DNA of 62,674 nt, filler included, from Choristocarpus tenellus KU-1152 (lineage: Eukaryota; Protista; Phaeophyceae), in NCBI GenBank assembly GCA_964200185.2. It is 8 parts of 8 records of this genome, joined end to end, with 100 filler letters (N's around TTAATTAATTAA, not from the genome) between each part and the next. Parts side by side here need not be neighbours in the genome. Positions count along the whole stretch, not along the records: positions 1 to 10,648 come from CAXNAD020002805.1; positions 10,749 to 16,860 come from CAXNAD020008909.1; 6 more parts are not named here. One strand, 5' to 3'. Position 1 is the stretch's first letter. Each line of letters opens with the position of its first letter. Below are positions 1 through 12,199 of this stretch, in pieces. Below the pieces are notes generated by a model that made no database searches, had not been told where the DNA came from, and saw only the letters and a program-made list of their open reading frames with translations. Both the position numbers and the translations under genes were made by a program.

Positions 1-511
1 CACTCACTGACAGATTCGAAATTAGTTATGCGAAGGTCCAAGGGTCTGACCCATAACTTTCTTCTTGTGATGTCCAACATTCAACACCTACATCATTAGT
101 GTGATGAGGAAAAATTGAGGACAAGCTCAACTTGGCTACTGTCCAGCGATGATCGAAAGTATTCTGAAACAATTACACGACCCTACTATAGACCTATACA
201 GTGTACAACAGTGTACTAGTGGATACACAACAGTATTACAATTCCTCCAATATGCGACGATCAGGTGTGTTCCAGTCTACGAAACCATAAAACCTGTTCC
301 TGTCCAGCTGTCCTTCAAATTACAGTGGTGCTGTTATAAAGAAGAAAAATGATCAGACACTGGCTTGCAGTACACGGGAGATCTTGCTCTCACTTTCTTG
401 GCTATCCCTGTGCCGCCTCCCTGCCTTAATTTAGTGCCTTGCATTGTTTGACTTGCATCGAACCTTCCCCACAATCGACTGTATCAGAACAATGACTACC
501 AATGGCCCCAG

Positions 512-720
512 GTAGTGGGCCGAGGGAAATGGCGCAAGGCTGTGGAAAATGCAGCATCTTTCGTGTCTGACAATAAGACAGTAAAATGGTTTCCCAGGTA
601 TGGGTGCGCTGTTCTTGCTATCGGTCAAGCCTCTCCTTCGGACGTGGTGGTGAAACGAAGAGTCATTGTAGTTGGCTTGAACGAATGGACTTTCGGGGTG
701 CACTCATCCAAGACCAGCAG
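512..720 (+). CDS. Possible upstream exon of the DUF3638 gene or of another gene
   Basis: Open frame VVGRGKWRKAVENAASF...SSKTS bounded by CAG (509-511) and GT (721). No recognisable motif, and I could not join it unambiguously to the next exon. Confidence 0.3.
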
Positions 721-1130
721 GTGATACGATTAATAGATCAAGTGCTCTCATTATGCTTCAATCTTGTGACATATGGAGGATGGATTTAAAAACACTGGTT
801 GAACAAAACTCTTGTATTTATCCGTTCATTGTTTTGATGGACTCCTGGGTTGCTGAATAGACATGATCGAGTGTGTGTTCAGGGCTTCATGATGATTTCT
901 CGGCTATATTATCTTATTGGTCTCCGTCTATACAAGATCGTACATAGGTACCTTACCAGCAACCCAAAGTGAACAAGAACGAGGAGCAGAAGATACGATA
1001 GGCCATCCAAAGTGGAATTTCCTCCCTTACAAGCACTGCACAAATATTGTTGATTGCATAATACTGCAGACTAGAAAATATACACACACTCGTATTAAAT
1101 GTTTTAGTTCTGCATGTTGACATCTGAAAG

Positions 1131-4100
1131 GAAATGAGATTCAATCTCAACTGGTGTTATCAGGAGTAGAGGACTTCCTCTTTAGCATTGTTGCATCCGT
1201 AGATGAGGCGGTAAAAGGGTGGGACACAAATGATGTGAAAAATCTCGTTGAAGTGGTGGACCTTTACCGAGGTGTGCTGCACTCCTTCCTTGGAACAACC
1301 GCTTCAAAGTCACATATGAGGGTCAAGTTGCAAAGTCGAGAGACACTTGTGGTTTGGGTTGCATACTGCCTGGTATTTGCCACTTCCCAGGAGACCTTCA
1401 GTGTGCTCAGGCATTACGGAGTGGGGTTGAGGTGGAAGGACCTGAGGCATCTTGTGCTGAACAACAAGGTTGCTGTGGATGCAGCCCTGGCAGTGAGTAC
1501 GTACCTCCGTGAGCATCAAAAAAAAGATCGTGGTGTTTTTACTCTTCATGATGAAGGCCGAGCAACCATCAACATGGCAGAAAGATACGCTCGCAGTGAT
1601 TCAAAGATGTGCGACATCTGGGAAGATGAGAAAAGGGCAGCACAGGAGCGCAAGGATGCCCACTGGGCGAATGTTCTGCGTAAACAAGAACTTGTGAGGA
1701 AACATCGCCAAAAGGTTACTGAACTTAAGTCTGAGGTCCTTGTCATTGAGAAACAACTGGAAGACTCCAAGGAAGTGCAGGAGGAAATGTCTGGGTTTGA
1801 TAAACCTTATAGAGGAAGGTGCTACCGAAACAGGGTTGGGCATACCTGCAATTGCTGGAGGTGCAAACAGGTGCAACTAGTAGTAAATGATCTTTCAAAG
1901 GCAAAATCCAAGCTGAAGGATGAAGAACAACTTGTTGCCCTGGCGGAAAAATCGCCAGAACCTGTTTTTCAACCCCTTCCATCAAGAGAGGCTAAGTCCC
2001 TACAGGTAAGGCTACTAAATTTGGACACCAGGGCCTCGGCCAGGATTTTTGTGTTGGCCCTGGTGCATCTTTTTATAGTTAGTTTTTGTGTGGAGAATGG
2101 GTGAACAAGGAGGTGCCTACTACTGTTCTTGTTGGTCACACACAACACCTTCCTGAACATTTACCAGAAATATATAGAAACCTTGTCATCGTTGGAGACC
2201 AATGGTACAGTTTGACCTCTAGGTGACAAAACATTTCCTACATATATCTTCTGGTTTGCTTTGCGTGTAAACCAGCTAACGAATGGATATCTGTAGTATC
2301 ATTCCGAGCAATTGAGCTGGATATAGGAGCATGCAGTGATGAAAACGTCTTGCGGAGAAACATTTTCGATTTATTCAAAGAAATAAGGAACCAGAAATAC
2401 AACTTCTGTGCTGTGACGTCGTTCAAGAGTTCCCATCTTCTACAGGCCCACCTAAACACGTGTTAAATCTAATAATCAAATTGCAAGGACCACCGACTAT
2501 TTGCTTTCTTTATGAATTTATCTGTACCCACTTTCGCGTTTGATAATCTTCAGGTTATATTTTTCTTGTACATGCCAGACATGCTTCGAAACTTATCAAG
2601 GATTAGTTTCACAGCCCAGATGATGCTCCTGCCACTTCAAGACAGGAAGGTGCAGGCTGCTGTGCAAACAGGGAAGTTCAGGACACAATGGGTCTCATAC
2701 TATAATGAGAAGCAGCAATCAGAGTATAACAAACCACTCTTCAAACCCATGAAAGGATCAGAAGGAGCTGTACTTCTAGGTTCTGTGGAATCAGTACCTA
2801 AACACTCAACAGTAAAACTCTCCAATGTAGACAAATACTGCTCCTCGTCTGATGGGATATGGCATCCTGATATCCTGGCACCAGGCCGTATGGGTTGGAA
2901 GGGTAGTGGCTTCATTGGTGATACTCTTTCAGCTATGACCAACCCATTCTCACCTGTAATCCCTACCGCTTGTGTGGTTGAGTACTACACTGAGAGGTTG
3001 CCTGACAGATCTCAATCTCTACAGTGGGCTATGCCCCAGTATGGCTGGAAAGATACCAGCTCAAAACGTGGAAACATGGCCATCTCACGACAGGATGAGA
3101 AACCAGACTGGCTGGAAAAGCAAGGGTATCTTTCCTTTGGTGCACTCAGAGCATTCCCACGGCAACAGTTACGCAAGCTGTGTGTGATACTACACGAGAA
3201 GTTGCTTCCACTTGGTGAGTCCTCGGTCCGATTGCTTCTACAACAGGCAATGTATCACCTGGGCGATCTCACAGATACAGGATCACCACAGCTTGCCTGG
3301 AGGTTGGATGCTGTAGAGAAAACTCTGCCAGCATTATGTATCGAGCTGGAGAAGATCGCTGGTGAGCTCAAAGAGAAACCGCGGGACCATAAAATGTTCC
3401 CAATTTTGGCAGAGATTGCAGTGTATGTTGCTGAATGGCATACACCGGCTGTTTCTCTCGCACATGAGACCCTTGCAAGCATCCCAAGGGCATGGACCGA
3501 GATTGTTGCAATTCAAGGCGATAAAGAAGCCTTGGGCGAAATGGGAGAAGTGGCAAAGGCATCTCTCCGAGCTAAGCAATGCATGTTCTATATGTATTCA
3601 CTACTGTGCTATGGTGGCAGTGTCCCCCTGTCAGACAGTGATGCTCAAAATATGTGTGAGCTCATGGTTCTGGCTAACAACCGTCAGCTCTTCACTGACG
3701 ATGAACGTATATCATCTGAAATCGATGCTTTGATGGTGCAGTGTCATCATATAATGGTGGGGAGGAGTGCAGAGTTGGTGAATGTGATAAGACACAACCC
3801 CAGCATACTGACAGGGGCTGTGAGTCTTGTACTTGAACAAACCCCGTATGATCTTGAGTGGTGTGAAGTGAAGGTGGATGGAGAGGTACGTAGTGTGGCA
3901 TGCTTTGAGGCAGAATCGTCTGACGGGCACTTATATAGTATAAACATTATCACTGGCACTTTGCTGATGGACGGATCTCCACCATCCCGTCTCCCAGAAG
4001 ATGTTGTTACACGCAAAGTTTATACTCGGAACTTTGGAAACAACAACTTTGAAGTTGCAGCATCAACAGGTGGGGTACTCAAGACCACTCATGCTATTGG

Positions 4101-7100
4101 TGGATACTTCTATGAGTTTTCTCTTGACCATAATAACGATAAACTATGTATCAAGGAGGAAGATGCGAAGAGAGGAGGGAGCGTGTTGCAGCTCCTTGAA
4201 CACGATGGGGACTGGTGTAAGGATCTTCCCGTTAGACTTCGCTCGATGCACAGCCACTGGCTGAGTCGCGAGCACAACACTGTCGTGTTAAGACCAATCG
4301 GCTATGAACGCCATGAAACAGACTTCATCATCCGCTGCCATGAAAGAGCTGGACCTGGTATGGTAGACTGTGACTGTGTGCGCATCCCCACTCACCTTCG
4401 CTCACAGAACTGGATAGATTTATTGAACAGATTGGAACGGGGTGATGTTGATGATAGGGACCTTGCAGCAAAGCTTATCATGGTGGACAAGTCAAACAAG
4501 GTGCTGTCAATACTTTCAAAGTTTGAGCCCTCAGCTACTGCTGGTCCTAATTCTCTTGTCCATACCTATCTCCAACCCAATGGAGGCATTTTGTTTGACC
4601 TGCCTCGATTTGGTCTGTTGTTGGAGTTGGACTTCCAACAGGGTGTGGGTGGTGATATTCCTTCGGGTGGGATTCGCTGCCTCAATTATCAAGGATATCG
4701 CCTCGCAGAGTGCCAGCAACTAATCAAACCGTCTACCTTGCGAGAATTCACCAGATACCTTGTTCTGGAGTCGGTGAGGGAGGGGGGTGGTCAGATAATA
4801 CTTGTTCCGCAGGGAGAGGTGGTTATTGACCAACAACATCACGTTACTGTGAGTTGCAGTAGTGACGTGGATGCTGTGCTGGACATCTATAGCTACAGTG
4901 TCCACAAGAGGTGGTTCAAACTCACAGCCAACTGTGTGTCCAGTCGTCTCCAACTAGCTGCTTTGTATGCTGCAACAGGCACTCTACTTCCTGAGCCTTT
5001 GTCTCAGAGGACAGGATCTGAGATAGCAATGGAGCTTATACGCCAAACCTTCGTGAATCACCCACTGCCACCAGGCGACGTGACTGTCCTGGAGCAGATA
5101 GTGGGCCTTGGTTGGCACTACCCTGCCCTGGTGCTTCTCTGCAACGATCTTTTCAGATCATCAACTCAGCTAGAGTTTCTACATGACTGTGATGAAGGTG
5201 GGGTACACGAAGGAAAGGGGGGGGTGGATGCGTTCTTCTCTGATTGTTTGGCCAAGGCAGGGACGGCATACCTGTATGAGTGCTCAAGTGTGCCATACAA
5301 TGCTCGCCGCCGTCTCACAGTGGAGGAGGAGGTCAGGGTCCTGGGGGTATGCAGCCAACTGCAAACCAAGACCCCTGGTGGAGGTCGAATCATGCCAATG
5401 TACGGCACTGTAGAGATTGAACAGTTCCCCATTAAGAAAGAGGTGGTGACAGCTCTAGAGGAGAGTCTCTATACCAAAGCCAAGAGAATCATGGGTGTGA
5501 CTGGAGTGAAACATGGGAAGAAAGACCCTCGACAATATCCACTACATTGCTTGAGTGAGGATAGTGTCTTAGCCCAGGAAATGCACTCTGAACTACAGAA
5601 CAGCTGGAATATGCATATTGAGACTGGTTTACCTCTCAACCTCAACAAAACCCACGTCAGTCGTCTGGAAAAACTGATTGTGAATCATGCAAAGAACGTT
5701 GGACAGATGTGTGGCGAGGCAGAGGAATACCTGGTAAAATCCTTGAGAGATCTGGGGGACTTAGGTTTAGGCACAGGAAATTGGCATGCCCTGTCATATG
5801 GCATGAGCAGACTTGCTGGGGTTGTGCCAACTGCTTCGGTTGTGGATGCATTGCCAATGATGTGGCACCCGCGTCACTTTGCTTTGTTTAATCCTTTCCT
5901 CTCGGAAGAGGCAGTCAAGAGACTTGTCGAAGCTGGCATGATATGGCTGCGATTGTGTGTTCTGGACGACAAGTTGAAAAGATTAAAGCAGTTGGTGCAT
6001 GAAGGGATGAAAAACAATGCACTTTTGCGTGAGGAATTAGAGGTGCGTTGAGGTTACCTTAAAATGACATAGTTGCCAGAAGAACGTGAGTAGATATTGT
6101 GTGTTTAGGTAATACTCTACAACACAAAACTAGATGCTCAGACTCTATACATAATACGATTTAAGACAGTAGCTGCCGCAACATTTGTCCCTGAGAAGTA
6201 TATAGTAGTGGTCTATATTAACACGGACTGTTCACCGGGCTTTTTTGTGTGTTCTCTCTTTACATGTATGCCTGTATTTGAAGAAATGTTGTACTACGCT
6301 TAGACCTTTCCACGAGTTGTAATCGCAGTCAGTGTTGAATAAATATGACCAATATCGACATCTCAACATAATGTGGGGCATCATGTTCGAGGGTCATTTA
6401 AGCACGAAGTTCTATCAGGTAGGGATGCCACTGTTTCTCCTAGGAGGTTAGAAAGTCGATGGGATTACCCCTTGTCATTACCATCCACATGTCCAAAAAC
6501 AAGACAATTCCTGTATGCGTGCACTACATGTGTGGTGTACAACACCTGATTAATCCCTTGTGACAGGTGACACGAGAATTTGATCCATACCTGTACCCCA
6601 AGTGGTTAGTATTTGAGGTGGACAATGGATTGCAGGTGAGGCCACGACAGGCAGAGGTGGCACAGCATATGATCCACCATCCTGGAGACATCATCCAGCT
6701 CAACATGGGCGAGGGGAAGACAAGGGTAATCCTTCCCCTTTTGGTCCTTCACTGGGTCACCACAGGGGTAAACACAAACCCTCGACTGGTTAGATTAAAT
6801 TTCCTGTCGAGCCTCATTGACGAGGCATATAGCTACATGCATCAACACCTTTGTGCTTCCATCTTTGGTTACAAGGTGTTTCGCATGCCATTTCATAGGG
6901 ATGTGCAGCTCACAGTATCCCATGCCCTTGCCATGAGAAAATGCCTTGAGCGCTGCCAGCAAGAAGGAGGTGTCTTGATAGTGGCACCAGAACATCGCTT
7001 CTCTTTGCACCTCAAGGCTATCGAGCTGAGACATACTGCCCGAGAAATCAGCATGGAAATTTCGAAAATGGAGAACCTGCCATACACTGATATATATCCT

Positions 7101-10100
7101 TGATGAGAGTGACGAGTTACTCCACCACCGGAACCAGCTCATCTACGCGACCGGTGATCCAATAGACCTACCTGACGGCCAAGAGCGTGTTCAAGTTGTG
7201 CAGGCTCTATTGCGTGTGGTCAAATACCACAGGAGATATAAAGGATTGAACCGTCTTCTAAGAAACCCCAAGATTGCGGTTCATGGAGGTAGTCACCAAG
7301 CTGGTGCCTTTGAACAGGTTCGACTTGTACCAGGTCCATATCTGGACAAGATTAAGAATGAACTTTGTCGGGAGCTGTTTGCTGCTGTCCTGAAAGATCC
7401 ACCATTCAAAATGGAGTGGATGCCGAAATGGGTGCGCGAATTTGTGGACAAACAGGCAGCAAGGAGGAGTGCTCTCTATCTCCTTGTGACAGACATTTCA
7501 GTGAGTGCTGATGGAACTCTTTGTTGTGATGATCTATGGGAGAGAGACGCTCATTGGGCGCAGCTCTTAGCTCTGAGGGGGCAGCTGGCTTTTGGTACAT
7601 TTTTCCACTGTCTGGAAAAGAGGGCAAGAGTGGAATATGGTGTTGCCACGACAGCAGGTGCCAAGAAAAGGCTTGCAATCCCTTTCCGTGCCACCAATAC
7701 CCCTGCATTGCGCAGCGAGTGGAAACACCCAGATGTTGCAGTAACGCTTACCTTCCTTTCCTACTACTATGATGGGTTGAGCAAGGTTGAGATGCGACAG
7801 GCATTGACTTTCCTGTTGTCGATGGGTCCCAGTGCCCAAGTGCATCACTACACGGTCTGGATGAAAGTTGGCTTCCCTAATGGTCTAGACTGTGTGAGTG
7901 AGGCCGACACATTTGATAGAGTTGCTAAGATTGACCTCAGCAATGAGGTTCAAATGGACGTAATTCACAAGCATCTGTCAAATAACTTTGAGGTGGTGAA
8001 CTTCTGGCTCACATATGTGGTGTTGCCTACGGAGACTGGGCAGTTCCCAAAGTGCCTTGGTACGAATTCATGGTTCTTAACTACGGCGAAGACCACGACT
8101 GGGTTTTCAGGGACAAATGAGAATCATCACCTTCTACCTCTGCAGGTCGAGAAGAGCAGTGAGAAGGCCCTGAAATCCTTGCAAGCAACCAATGGGAAAA
8201 TGCTGGATCTGATATTGAAGAACGAGAGGCATGTGACTCTCAATCCCTGTACATCAAGGGAAGCAGGGTCTGGGAATGACATGTGGCATGACCTTCTCGC
8301 TTTGGCCGTGAGAGAACAAGCGCATGCTCTCTTGGACTGCGGTGGGCTCCTGGGTCGTGTCACTTCAAGGGAGGCAGCTGAGTTTCTTGTATCTCCACAA
8401 GCACAACTGTCATCCATGTTTCAAGGTGTAGTCTTCTTCAACTCATCATTTGGAGGTGGATCAAGTGGGAAAGAGTGGGTAATGTTGGATCGCCATGGGC
8501 GTTTTGTGCCACTGCACCGCTCAGGTATCCACGAGAGTAAAGCCTTTGCAATCTTTGATGAGGCACACTGCCGTGGAGAGGACCTGAAATTATCACCTGA
8601 TGCCAAGGCTTTGCTCACTGTTGGTCCTAAAAACGGTAAAGACAAATTGATGCAGGCTGCCGGGCGACTTCGGCTCCTTGGAAGGAGCAAGCAGTCACTA
8701 GTTATTGTCAGCACACTAGATGTATCAAACAAGATACGGGAAGTGGCGAGGTCTGGGGCTGCGGTGCCACTGAGCTCCAAGGATGTGGTGGCATATGCTA
8801 TGGCCAATACCATCGAGTGCATCCAGTCAGGGCTTCTCCAGTGGGCCATGCAGGGATTGCACTTTTCCCACACATTTGGCCAGCCCGAGAGGGCTGAGCA
8901 AGAGGAGGTTTTGGCATTGAAAGATATGTACGGTGGTGCCCATGAGCAGTGTTCAGTTTCATGGGTAGTGAAAAAGGCCATGGAGAAGGTGTTAGCACAG
9001 TCGAAGAGTGGTCACCAGGAGTTAAGTCTCCTGGAGAAAATCAGCATGAAGACCAGAGCTTACGGTGAGGACTTCTCAGTGTCTGGGGATTGGAGTCTAG
9101 TAGGCGAGTGCGAGAGGGAGCTTCAACTTCAGCTTGAGGAAGAAGAAGAAATGGAGCGCCAAATGTCTAGGATGACACCGCGGGCTGAGGTTGACTGGGA
9201 TTTTGAGGCCGTGCTCAACACCACCTCTCCAACCCTTCTGCCGTTTGATGGGTCTGAGGTTGGTGTATTAAAGTGTGATTGTGTACATAAGCATCTATTT
9301 ACTAGCTTGAACCTTGAGCTTACTAAGAAGGTACCATTCCCATTGCCCTTATCGGCGGTTGTCTTTGTGTAACCCTCAAGTTCACAATACCTGCTCGTTT
9401 CTGTTGTACAAAATGCATGTCCTTATTTTCGAATCCTACTGTCCTAATGGCAGATCATCCCACTGACAGCTGTGGCGAAGAGGTTATCACACAAGGCTGG
9501 GCAAGATGATGTGATCGCATCGATCCCATGGTCAACTTCGATCTTTTGCACAAGCAACTTTCTCCTTTCCATAGAAGAAGAATGTGCTTTCATGGACGAC
9601 TACTTACGGCTTGTGGATGCGTGTCTCCTTTTCCAGAGTGGCGAAGTGCTTCTCCTGTCTGAGCGTGAAGCAGATGGAGTTCTGGAAGTACTTCAAGACA
9701 AGAGGTATAATAGCAGCAACCCCTTTGGTAGGGAGGAGATGGCCAGCGATCCCTTCTTTTTCCATGTACCGTACACAGGGTTCAAGTTTGAAAAAATGGA
9801 CGATTTTCTACATAGTCCATTGCACCTTGGACATGCTATTTTCAAGTCTTCAATGGTTAAGGCTAAGATGAGGTGTAATACTGTTCCCAGAGGACCACTG
9901 GAGGTGGTAAACGGTGGTGACTATGGAATACCATTCGATGTGCATATGTTGGCGTCTTTGTGGCTCTTTAGTGGCCAGACAGTATACCCTCAGTATGGAA
10001 AGGACGTGGTGAGAAAGATGATGAAGGGTAGGAGACAAGCCGCCCAACATCTTGTTGCCTTGAGAGGTTTGCAACACATGCTGCCATGTTCTGATCTCGA

Positions 10101-10116
10101 GCACCTACTGGGCTGA
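1131..10116 (+). CDS. Giant DUF3638/DUF3645-domain protein with SecA-like SF2 P-loop ATPase core; 5' end unresolved; one frameshift (possible pseudogene or assembly error)
   Basis: Exons ~1131-2005, 2554-6042, 6567-9258, 9454-10116, joined by phase-0 GT-AG introns (KSLQ|VIFFLYMP, ELE|VTREFDP, GSE|IIPL). Motifs: WLVFEVD..LQVRPRQ, QLNMGEGKTRVILP (DUF3638 Walker A), DESDELLH..QLIYATG, RLAIPFRA..P..RSEWKHPDV (DUF3645), GFSGTN, RGEDLKL, MQAAGRLR. Frameshift at ~7090-7097. Confidence 0.88.
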
Positions 10117-10648
10117 AGCCGCTGCCAGTGTCAATAAAGGTTACTGTTACCGAAGGAGATGCCTGCGATGAGTGTGTTTCTAGTTAGATTTATGGAGTGT
10201 TCAACACGATCTGCAGAGGGGGCGTATGTTGGGTGAGGTCTTGGTTTTTCAAATTTTTGTTTTTGAAGGGGAGTATTGGTGTGTGCTATTTGTTGATTCC
10301 TGAATTTTTCTGTTTTGCTGTAGGAACAAGGATCAGGCAGGGAAGAATTTTAGTGGGGGCATTCTTTTCAGGGGAATGCAGGAAAGGGTCATTTTTGGCA
10401 GTACAACTACAATATCTTCAAAGCCCTTAGGGCACTAGGAGCATGGGGGCCCGCTTTGATAGATTACTGGGAGAGCAGTGTGGTAGAACCTGTACAGTGT
10501 GTTGTAGGATTATATTTTAGCTAGATGAGTGAACCCTGTGGGACAAAGTATCTGGGTGGGGGGGGGGGGGGGAGACGGCACCTTTGGGGTCCACTTGGGC
10601 CCGGGGGAAGTAGGGGTGGGAAAAATGGTATTTTTGATGGCCTTGAAA

Positions 10649-10748
10649 NNNNNNNNNNNNNNNNNNNNNNNNNNNNNNNNNNNNNNNNNNNNTTAATTAA
10701 TTAANNNNNNNNNNNNNNNNNNNNNNNNNNNNNNNNNNNNNNNNNNNN
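10649..10748. other. Artificial contig-joining linker N44-TTAATTAATTAA-N44
   Basis: Identical 100-nt spacer with stops in all six frames. It recurs at 16861-16960, 30374-30473, 35129-35228, 41686-41785, 46679-46778 and 57086-57185. Confidence 0.97.
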
Positions 10749-11859
10749 GGACGGGGGGGGGAGACCGAGGCACCCCCCGAGCAAGCCCCCCCCCCCCCCC
10801 CCCCGGTCGCTTGCCCAGGAACGAGGGGAACACGGGGGGGGGGGGGGGGGAAGGGGAGGTCAAATTATGGTGGGGTAGATGTCTTCTAGCTCAAAGGCAC
10901 GGGTTCAAGTGGATCATGAAGGGGTGTTCTTGGATGATTGTGGAGTGGTGTTGAGTGGTGTTGAGTGGGGTTGAGGGGAGTGGTAACTTGTGTGGGGTTG
11001 AAAGGTGGGGGGTGGCTGGCAATTAGGGGCGAAGGGCATTCGCACTGGTTGGCCATCAAACGTGGGGGATGGCTGGCAATCAGTGACAGAGGGCATTCAC
11101 ACTGGTTGGTCATCAAATGGGGAATAGAGAATAGAGGAATGGCAAACAAGGAATAAGCAAAAAATAATAACAATCCAGAATTCGTGAGCAAAACAAAATG
11201 GGTATTAGTATCAAATTTTACACCAATGGGACGAGTCTTCATATTGCATTAGATCAGTACTATGTGTTTGCCCTACCACATCCCTAACTCCTCAGTCTCA
11301 AACAATCAAAAGGAAGGCAGTAGTACAACATAGATATGTACTAGAAAAAAAATGAAATAGATTTACGTTTTTCACTTTTGTGAGGACTGATACTTTAGGG
11401 ACTTTTTAGACATGTGTAAATAGTTTTCATTAATTTTTCCTCTGGGACATCTGGAAAATTTTGGAGTGCATAATAAATAATATTACAATGATCGTAACAC
11501 AAGAAATAATATTTTCGGAACCCTTATGGGGCAGATCAGAATACCACCAACTCAACAATCTGGTCGGCACATAGACCTCAATCTGCACACTCCTCTCTCT
11601 ACAGAGGCCTGCCGTAGGCAATTTTGGCATCACTGGCATGTATAGTTGGTGTCAATTGGGCGGGATGATGTTAAAACTGAAACTGTTCATGGGATACGTC
11701 AAGTCTCAAAAACCAATAAGGATTTATTCCCTCAGCAGCACATGATCTTGCTGTCCAAACTATTGCCACATAGTAGGTAGTGATATAAACTGCTCTTCAC
11801 TCTTCGACCTCCCCTTCTTCTTCCCCCTTCCCCTCACCACTCCCTATCTCTACCCATAG

Positions 11860-12021
11860 ATGATCCCGGAGGAATTTCAAATGCTCTTGGTTTACACTTG
11901 TTACTACCTTGGTGCTGTGCAACGGTCTCTGCAAAGGGCTTCAGCCGTCTGTGTGCAGACTGACACAGCTCTCAAGGTTGAGGTGGAGGGCGAAGAGAAG
12001 GCCTTGGGAGAGGCGGCAGAG
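11860..12021 (+). CDS. Isolated internal exon of an unidentified gene (54 codons)
   Basis: Strong polypyrimidine tract plus TAG acceptor, open frame MIPEEFQMLLVYTCYYLGAVQRSLQRAS...GEAAE, strong donor GAG|GTAAGG, phase 0-0. Confidence 0.55.
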
Positions 12022-12199
12022 GTAAGGCACAGGGATCATAGCTAGGTATTAGAGGGCGGGGCTGTAGAAGATGTCAGCTTGGGTTGAGGGAGGGAGAGCA
12101 TATTGAAATAGGAATGGGAAAGAATCTGCTGGCACAAGAGTTAGTGCAGTATCTGGTGTGAAGTAAAGGGTGTTTTGGACTTTTTCGTTCTCTTTGACT

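Noticed and set aside
8421-8981. 186-aa and other antisense ORFs over the DUF3638, ERCC6L and NB-ARC exons
   Set aside because: Shadow ORFs of real coding sequence on the opposite strand.
10693-10704. TTAATTAATTAA palindrome (PacI-like) recurring seven times
   Set aside because: Always centred in 44+44 Ns: an artificial six-frame-stop linker, not biological.
10749-11160. G-rich tracts (potential G-quadruplex) and a ~58-bp local duplication
   Set aside because: Low-complexity sequence at a contig edge where base calls are unreliable; no further support.
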